In this document: one piece after another, positions 7,201 to 12,056 of the stretch
Layout of the letters: the number at the start of each line of letters is the position of its first letter
Numbering within the stretch: the stretch's first letter is position 1
Sequence record: OM135992.1
Length of the DNA: 24,000 bases
Reading direction: 5' to 3' (one strand)
Origin: Brochothrix phage ADU4
Position numbers and translations under genes: made by a program
The notes under the pieces: generated by a model
Told to the model about the DNA's origin: nothing
Database searches by the model: none
Seen by the model: the letters and a program-made list of their open reading frames with translations, nothing else

Positions 7201-7800
7201 ATAAGGTAAGAGACCATTAAGGTCCTTACTCGGTAACCGTAGGAACCTTGTGCAGAATTGCTTTAAGACAGCAAGCAAGGGTACCGTCGCATAAGTCCTC
7301 ATATCATTTTTAGTAGCGATAGCTTCTAGAAAGGGTTTCCTTAAATCGAGAGAGGCAAGGGTACTGGTGCTAAAAACGCCAGTAGAGGTGAGCGGTACAT
7401 GGACAGTTCCTAGGATAATGCACATCACTCGTTTAGCGTATAATAGACACCTCTGTGAGGGATAAGCCTTAACGGCGTTAGTGGGAGCTAACGTAGCGGA
7501 GGGTAACCCAACCAAGCGCTTTGCTGAGAAGGACACTAACCCTGTCTGAGATAACGTGGTGATGGTACAAGTAGCCCAATTCAGCGCCCTAAAAAGCAAT
7601 CCGATATAATAGGACAATACTCTGAACGTCCGGGTGAAAGTTACTACTCATTGAGGTAGGTTACGCATGTAATAGCAAAGGGAAGTAGGGGAGTAGCTCT
7701 TCCATACTCAGACCCTTTGAGCGTATAGCATAATGTCTGTAAGAATTGAAAGTAGGGTTAAAACACCCTACGGTTACTGAGTAAGGACCTTAATGTTTTA
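7201..7800 (+). ncRNA. Large structured non-coding RNA of about 600 nt (ROOL/GOLLD-like candidate)
   Basis: 7216-7243 pairs with 7767-7794 over 28 bp (27 WC + 1 G.U). Internal stems include 7246-7250/7276-7280 with TTGCT/AGCAA nested inside, TACTGG...CCAGTA, 7384-7390/7448-7454, 7476-7481/7488-7493, 7676-7682/7713-7719. No plausible ORF, own promoter, tRNA neighbours. Confidence 0.82.
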
Positions 7801-7804
7801 TTAA

Positions 7805-7877
7805 CGAGGAGTAGCGAAGTGGTCATCTCACCAGCCTCATAAGCTGGGAATCGAGGGTTCCAGTCTTCCCTCCTCAC
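7805..7877 (+). tRNA. tRNA with anticodon CAT (Met, initiator-like C1.A72, or Ile2)
   Basis: Stem CCAGC-CTCATAA-GCTGG, anticodon 7838-7840; acceptor GAGGAG/CTCCTC plus a C/A first pair; T-loop TTCCAGT. Confidence 0.78.
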
Positions 7878-7881
7878 CTAC

Positions 7882-8475
7882 CGTGACTAGACACGTAAAA
7901 ACTCGAATTTTTTTTAAAACTAAGGTACTGTTCATCGGGGAACATAAAAATCTAGTATGTGTTTGAGGTTGTGTTGATGTGCCATTTTAATTGAGCAACC
8001 AAGCATTTGTAAGGGTCGTGAGTTTACCTCAAAGTGGTTAGGTGTTTATACACTGAAAAGAAAGCTCTCACATACACATAGACCTTTGTGTACTACGTGA
8101 CTAGACACGTTATCAACTCGCAGGCAGAGCTGGACATAATGGTCAGCAAGGTTGTTCAAGCAACATAAAAATCCGATACTCACTGGACTTCGGGTGCCAG
8201 TAGTCGGCAGGCGACAAAAACCTCTGTTTTTCATCTCGGTGTTAACATTGAGAGTTGGCGGACAACGTTAAAACTTGGAACTAATGCTAGGTTTTCAGAC
8301 TAGTGTGGTTGGGCGAGCAACGAAAAAATCTAGGTAAAGGGCGCTCTTAAAAGTTAACTCTAATGTCGGACCACAGACCGGCAGGCGCACACCGATACAC
8401 CAGTAACTCATGAGACAGGTTCCTAGAACCTGACAAAACTAGAAGGGTCTTCATCGAGACCGTCGTTTCTTTTTA
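7882..8475 (+). ncRNA. Second structured non-coding region of about 590 nt with internally duplicated modules
   Basis: 15-nt repeat CGTGACTAGACACGT at 7882-7896 and 8096-8110, each followed by ACTCG and a hairpin + AACATAAAAATC; helices 7962-7969/8026-8033, 8245-8256/8356-8366 (one bulge), CACTGGAC..CCAGT, CAGGTTC-CTA-GAACCTG, GGTCT-TCATCG-AGACC. Confidence 0.6.
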
Positions 8476-8527
8476 AAGGGGCTAATAACACACCTTTCAT
8501 ATTTACGGAGAGGACAGTGGTAGCCTA

Positions 8528-8650
8528 GTGATAGTGGTGGAATAAGTAGACACTCTTGAGTGGCGTTGTGCTGAAACGGAACGTATGCCGTGTAGGTTAA
8601 TCACTCGAATAAAATCAACGCATGAGGGGTGTAAATCCTCTCCTATCACA
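8528..8650 (+). other. Oversized tRNA-like element A (about 123 nt)
   Basis: Acceptor-like GTGATAG (8528-8534)/CTATCAC (8643-8649); Leu-like TGGTGGAATAAGTAGACAC D-arm; T-arm-like GAGGGG-TGTAAAT-CCTCTC; the core is too long for a normal tRNA. Confidence 0.5.
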
Positions 8651-8727
8651 TACTTCCTAAGCCCGTAACAGGAGGCTTGAAATAATCGCAGACGTGCGTG
8701 AGTGGATTATTACGGTCTTACCACTCT

Positions 8728-8912
8728 ACGATAGTGGCGGAATAGTAGACGCTAAAGGATAGCTCTTATAGTGTGGTTGGCACAAGGCTGTAGCCGTAAA
8801 ACTCAATTACTGTTAAACAAGTCAGCTCCGAGTTCAGGCGTTTCCTGTATAAAAACTTAAGGTGTAAAAACCGAACTCCACACGTGCAAGGTGCAAATCC
8901 TTGTCTATCGTA
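8728..8912 (+). other. Oversized tRNA-like element B (about 185 nt)
   Basis: Acceptor-like ACGATAG (8728-8734)/CTATCGT (8905-8911); Leu-like TGGCGGAATAGTAGACGC D-arm; T-arm-like GCAAGG-TGCAAAT-CCTTGT; internal helices GTGTGG/CCACAC and GAGTTC/GAACTC. Confidence 0.5.
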
Positions 8913-8989
8913 TAATTACCGAAGCCTCTGTGTCTTGCGAGATAACGGGAGGTGTAAAAAAAAGATAAACTAACGGAATTACCGCTTTA

Positions 8990-9062
8990 GGACCCTTAGC
9001 TCAGTTGGTAGAGCCCCCTGCTCATAACAGGGTTTGCGTAGGTTCAAGTCCTACAGGGTCCA
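8990..9062 (+). tRNA. tRNA with anticodon CAT (Met or Ile2), canonical
   Basis: GGACCCT/AGGGTCC acceptor, GCTC..GAGC D-stem, CCCTG-CTCATAA-CAGGG, GTAGG-TTCAAGT-CCTAC. Confidence 0.95.
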
Positions 9063-9092
9063 TTGGCTAACCACCCTAGCCATGAAAAGAGA

Positions 9093-9165
9093 GATAAGGT
9101 AGCTCAATTAGTAGAGCAGGGAGCCTTTTAAGCCCCAGATATAGGTGCAAACCCTATCCTTGTTT
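9093..9165 (+). tRNA. tRNA-Lys(TTT) with unusual D and T loops
   Basis: GATAAGG/CCTTGTT acceptor (with G.U pairs), GCTC-AATTAGTA-GAGC, anticodon loop CTTTTAA, T-arm ATAGG-TGCAAAC-CCTAT. Confidence 0.75.
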
Positions 9166-9176
9166 TATATGTCTAT

Positions 9177-9239
9177 GGAGAAGTAGTCAATCGGCATATC
9201 GGTAGGTTGCTTTTGTAAGTTCAAGTCCTACCTCCTTCA
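9177..9239 (+). other. Degenerate or short tRNA-like element
   Basis: GGAGAAG...CTCCTTC partial acceptor complementarity; GTAGGTT (9202-9208) + 13 nt + CAAGTCCTAC (9222-9231), a split copy of the T-arm of tRNA-CAT at 8990. Confidence 0.3.
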
Positions 9240-9486
9240 ATTGAATCCTCGCATCGCTCTACACAGAGGTGTTTAGGCATCTCTGGTAGTAGGTTGGTGT
9301 ACGCTTAAAACATAGAGGGTGCGCACCTCGTAGCAAGGTTGTACAGGTCTTACTTGCTACATAACATAGAGCGGAGATTACGTACTAGTAACCGTAATCT
9401 CTTAAAAAGGCTCACCAAAAGTCTACCTACAATAAGTCACGTACGGTGTATGGTGACCGTGTTACGGGATAGACGACTCTTTTTAG

Positions 9487-9523
9487 ACAGGTTTCTGAGT
9501 ATAAACAGCAAACCTGTTTTTTA
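9487..9523 (+). terminator. Terminator at the end of the ncRNA/tRNA unit
   Basis: ACAGGTTT (9487-9494)/AAACCTGT (9510-9517) followed by a T-run. Confidence 0.75.
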
Positions 9524-9553
9524 CTACTTAAAATTAAAGGAGGGCGTTAGTAT

Positions 9554-9817
9554 ATGAATATGAAACAGTTTGAAGAGATTGTAAAAAGTGCAAAGAAAAC
9601 AAATAGAGACATTATCGTATACCGTAAAAGAGCTGACTATAAAGACCTTGAAAAGGTTGTCGTGTCTTATAGGGACCTACCTACGTTACTAGAGAGGTAC
9701 CTTGATACCTATAGCAATGAGTTGACGTCTAACGTTACTGATGCTCATGTTGTAGACGTGCGTATCCTAGAGATAAGTAACGCTGATAACCACCCTCAGA
9801 TAGGCGGTGTCTTGTGA
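9554..9817 (+). CDS. Hypothetical protein (87 aa)
   Basis: RBS AAAGGAGG upstream; overlaps the next ORF start. Confidence 0.75.
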   Translation: MNMKQFEEIVKSAKKTNRDIIVYRKRADYKDLEKVVVSYRDLPTLLERYLDTYSNELTSNVTDAHVVDVRILEISNADNHPQIGGVL

Positions 9818-10029
9818 AAATAACTACTAATGGAGTAGCTATGCTTCTAATGTCAGTTTTAGTCGTATTAAAGCTAATGGGTTTTATAGACATTAGTTGG
9901 TGGTTCGTGCTTCTTCCTGCTATTTTACCTATACTAATGTGTGTTACTGTTCTCGTTGTATTTACTGTAGCAGTAGCAGTAGGAGCTGATGATTTCATTA
10001 TAGACCTATTAAAAAAAAATAAGCGTTAA
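9814..10029 (+). CDS. Small membrane protein with two TM segments (71 aa; holin candidate by position near the lysin, unproven)
   Basis: GVAMLLMSVLVVLKLMGFIDISWWFVLLPAILPILMCVTVLVVFTVAVAVG with a charged C-terminus. Confidence 0.7.
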   Translation: MKITTNGVAMLLMSVLVVLKLMGFIDISWWFVLLPAILPILMCVTVLVVFTVAVAVGADDFIIDLLKKNKR

Positions 10030-10033
10030 AGTG

Positions 10034-10062
10034 TTGACAACCTCTTGCACACATGTTACACT
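10034..10062 (+). promoter_or_regulatory. Promoter for the tRNA-Arg genes
   Basis: TTGACA (10034-10039), 17-nt spacer, TACACT (10057-10062), 15 bp before the tRNA 5' end. Confidence 0.8.
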
Positions 10063-10077
10063 TAGTGTGTAAGATAA

Positions 10078-10149
10078 GCCTTTGTAGTTTAACGGATAAA
10101 ACAGACCCCTCCTAAGGGTTAGCTAGAGGTTCGATTCCTCTCAAGGGCA
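10078..10149 (+). tRNA. tRNA-Arg(CCT)
   Basis: GCCTTTG/CAAGGGC acceptor; GACCC-CTCCTAA-GGGTT; AGAGG-TTCGATT-CCTCT. Confidence 0.92.
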
Positions 10150-10232
10150 TTGCAACGTATCGCACTCGTTGCACAAACAACATCAAACACTTTTTTATTT
10201 TTCAAAGTTGGGAAGTCCCACTTCCAACTATT

Positions 10233-10306
10233 GCCCCGGTAACTCAAACGGATAGAGTATCAAACTTCTAATTTGAAAGTTACAGGTTCGAGTCCTGTTC
10301 GGGGCG
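10233..10306 (+). tRNA. tRNA-Arg(TCT)
   Basis: GCCCCGG/TCGGGGC acceptor; TCAAA-CTTCTAA-TTTGA; ACAGG-TTCGAGT-CCTGT. Confidence 0.93.
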
Positions 10307-10347
10307 TAGTGCTTAGGCATATCAATTAAAACAAAGGAGAGATAGAC

Positions 10348-10587
10348 ATGGAAAAACATATTAAAATTAAATGGCAAGAAGGAACAGTCAAAGATGAAGG
10401 TGTGAATGGAGCCCAGATTAATGATGTTCTTGAGGTTGCTAAAGAACGATTAACTGAGCTTAACAAACAGTTTCCTTCACGTGAGAACGCTATGACGTTA
10501 ACTAAGATTGACGAGGCTATCATGTGGCAAGACAAACGTACAAAAGACCGAGAGAATCGTAAAGTGGAGGGCACACATAATTCCTGA
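10348..10587 (+). CDS. Hypothetical protein (79 aa)
   Basis: RBS AAAGGAGAG upstream; ends next to a bidirectional terminator. Confidence 0.75.
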   Translation: MEKHIKIKWQEGTVKDEGVNGAQINDVLEVAKERLTELNKQFPSRENAMTLTKIDEAIMWQDKRTKDRENRKVEGTHNS

Positions 10588-10604
10588 TATTGAAAAACGA
10601 TAAC

Positions 10605-10645
10605 AAAAAAAAGAACCCGCCAGTTAAGGTAGGTTCTTTTTTTTG
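10605..10645. terminator. Bidirectional terminator between convergent genes
   Basis: AAAAAAGAACC / GGTTCTTTTTT perfect arms around a short loop. Confidence 0.9.
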
Positions 10646-11488
10646 TTACTTGAAGGTACCGAAGGCTTTATTAGTCTTAGCATCACGTACACATGTGTAA
10701 GCGTACTTGCCGTTACTACGTAGATACCTCACCCAGATGTAGTTATCAGACTCAATGTAGCCGTCGTAGATAACACTTTCACCGGGAGTTAGTTTTGCGA
10801 CTTGCGTTGCACTAACTTTTGGAGTATACTTTATAGCGACAGTGGTATTAGCGGTGAACGTACCTTTCTGCGCTTTAAGCTTACCTGCTGATGGTTTAGA
10901 AGAGGTTGGTTTAGATGGTGCGGGTTTGCTAGGCTTAGCTGGGCTTGTTGACGTACCGCTAACAGCTTTAATCTGTGCGATAAAGTAATCCTTCAACTTA
11001 TTCTTAACAGCCTCTGGTTGTGCGTACGTGCTATCGTAACCACAATGCTCAATCATAGAACGTTTAGGACATTCTGTTGCTGAGAACTCACTGTGTAACC
11101 TTACCGTACTTCTGTTAGGTGTAAGACCGTTTTGTTTCAACACCTTAGAAGCAATGATGAACGCATTCTTCTCTGATGCTAAGAACACATCCTTAGGAGT
11201 TGAGCGGTTACCTTTTACTTCTATACCGATGTAGTTAGCGTTACCGTCCGTGTTGGCTACGTGCCATGCCTTGTTAGCAGGGTTTTCTACCCAAACAGCG
11301 TCTTTCTCATCTACGAAAACGTGAGCGAAGCCTGCCGTTAGTTGCGCAGGTGTCATCTTACGCAGTCTTTCAATATGAGATTGTGCTGAACTGTTATCCC
11401 AAGTGTTGTGGATAACAACGCCTTTAGGTTTGTAACCTCGTGCGCCTGCGACGCCACGGGTAACGTAGTGTACTATTTCTTTTACCAT
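10646..11488 (-). CDS. Endolysin: N-acetylmuramoyl-L-alanine amidase (Amidase_2/PGRP-like) with C-terminal SH3-type cell-wall binding domain
   Basis: KGVVIHNTWDNS...AGFAHVFVDEKDAVW...WHVANTDGNANYIGIEV...HSEFSATECPKRSM; Pro/Ser/Lys linker; SH3_5-like C-terminus ending YTCVRDAKTNKAFGTFK. Confidence 0.93.
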   Translation of the reverse strand: MVKEIVHYVTRGVAGARGYKPKGVVIHNTWDNSSAQSHIERLRKMTPAQLTAGFAHVFVDEKDAVWVENPANKAWHVANTDGNANYIGIEVKGNRSTPKDVFLASEKNAFIIASKVLKQNGLTPNRSTVRLHSEFSATECPKRSMIEHCGYDSTYAQPEAVKNKLKDYFIAQIKAVSGTSTSPAKPSKPAPSKPTSSKPSAGKLKAQKGTFTANTTVAIKYTPKVSATQVAKLTPGESVIYDGYIESDNYIWVRYLRSNGKYAYTCVRDAKTNKAFGTFK

Positions 11489-11529
11489 GTGTGAATCATC
11501 CTTTCATGTCTATTATAATATAACGGGAA

Positions 11530-11712
11530 CTACGCCCCGCCCACAGTTGCGATGTATGGTTTTTGAACAACTTGTTCGTATTGCGAGCCTGTAATCATCT
11601 CGTCCTCTACGCCTTTTCTAAAATCGTATTCAGTCGTAAACCCACGTCTAAGACCTTCACGAGCGTCTTCTATTGTAATTATATCTTGGCTTATAGCGTA
11701 TACATATAGCAT
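11530..11712 (-). CDS. XkdX-like small tail-associated protein (60 aa)
   Basis: Position between fibre gene and lysin; AREGLRRGFTTEYDFRKGVEDEMITGSQYEQV resembles the short XkdX family. Confidence 0.45.
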   Translation of the reverse strand: MLYVYAISQDIITIEDAREGLRRGFTTEYDFRKGVEDEMITGSQYEQVVQKPYIATVGGA

Positions 11713-12056
11713 TACTTTTCCTCCTTATCTTCTGTGTGTAGTTGTTGTTTTATTACGGTAGACGCTAAGGAGTTAAGTATTGCCTGTTGCTGTTTTACTG
11801 TTTTCTTGGCGTTTTCCAGTTCGTCGGATAGTTTTTTGATGCTTGAGATGTTAGGGTCTATGGTGCGCTCCTCGCTATCCCACGGGTCCACCCAATTAGG
11901 GTTACGCTCTACGTCGTCATTAATGTAAAGGTACTTACCTGAGCGGAAGTCATTTAACTTAAGCAAGAGGACGTCACTCACTAACGACCCTCCGGAGATA
12001 CCCCCGATTACTGCATAGCTCAAAATCTCGTTATCTTCATTTGTTAGTATGTACAC
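11712..12056 (-). CDS. XkdW-like tail protein with a C-terminal coiled coil (114 aa)
   Basis: Operon position; VDPWDSEERTIDPNISSIKKLSDELENAKKTVKQQQAILNSLASTV. Confidence 0.45.
   Translation of the reverse strand: MYILTNEDNEILSYAVIGGISGGSLVSDVLLLKLNDFRSGKYLYINDDVERNPNWVDPWDSEERTIDPNISSIKKLSDELENAKKTVKQQQAILNSLASTVIKQQLHTEDKEEK

Noticed and set aside
7882-8110. CRISPR-like or att-site interpretation of the duplicated 15-nt element CGTGACTAGACACGT
   Set aside because: Only two copies, self-complementary, in a broader duplicated RNA module; no integrase or array periodicity.
7195-8234. Minus-strand ORFs 7195-7617 (140 aa) and 8046-8234
   Set aside because: They lie antisense to dense RNA secondary structure, have no convincing RBS or family motif, and face away from the promoter.
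9339-9557. 72-aa ORF 9339-9557
   Set aside because: It spans two strong hairpins and the terminator and overlaps the well-supported gene at 9554; no good RBS.
11734-11928. Plus-strand 64-aa ORF 11734-11928
   Set aside because: Serine-rich antisense of the XkdW-like gene; no RBS or family support.
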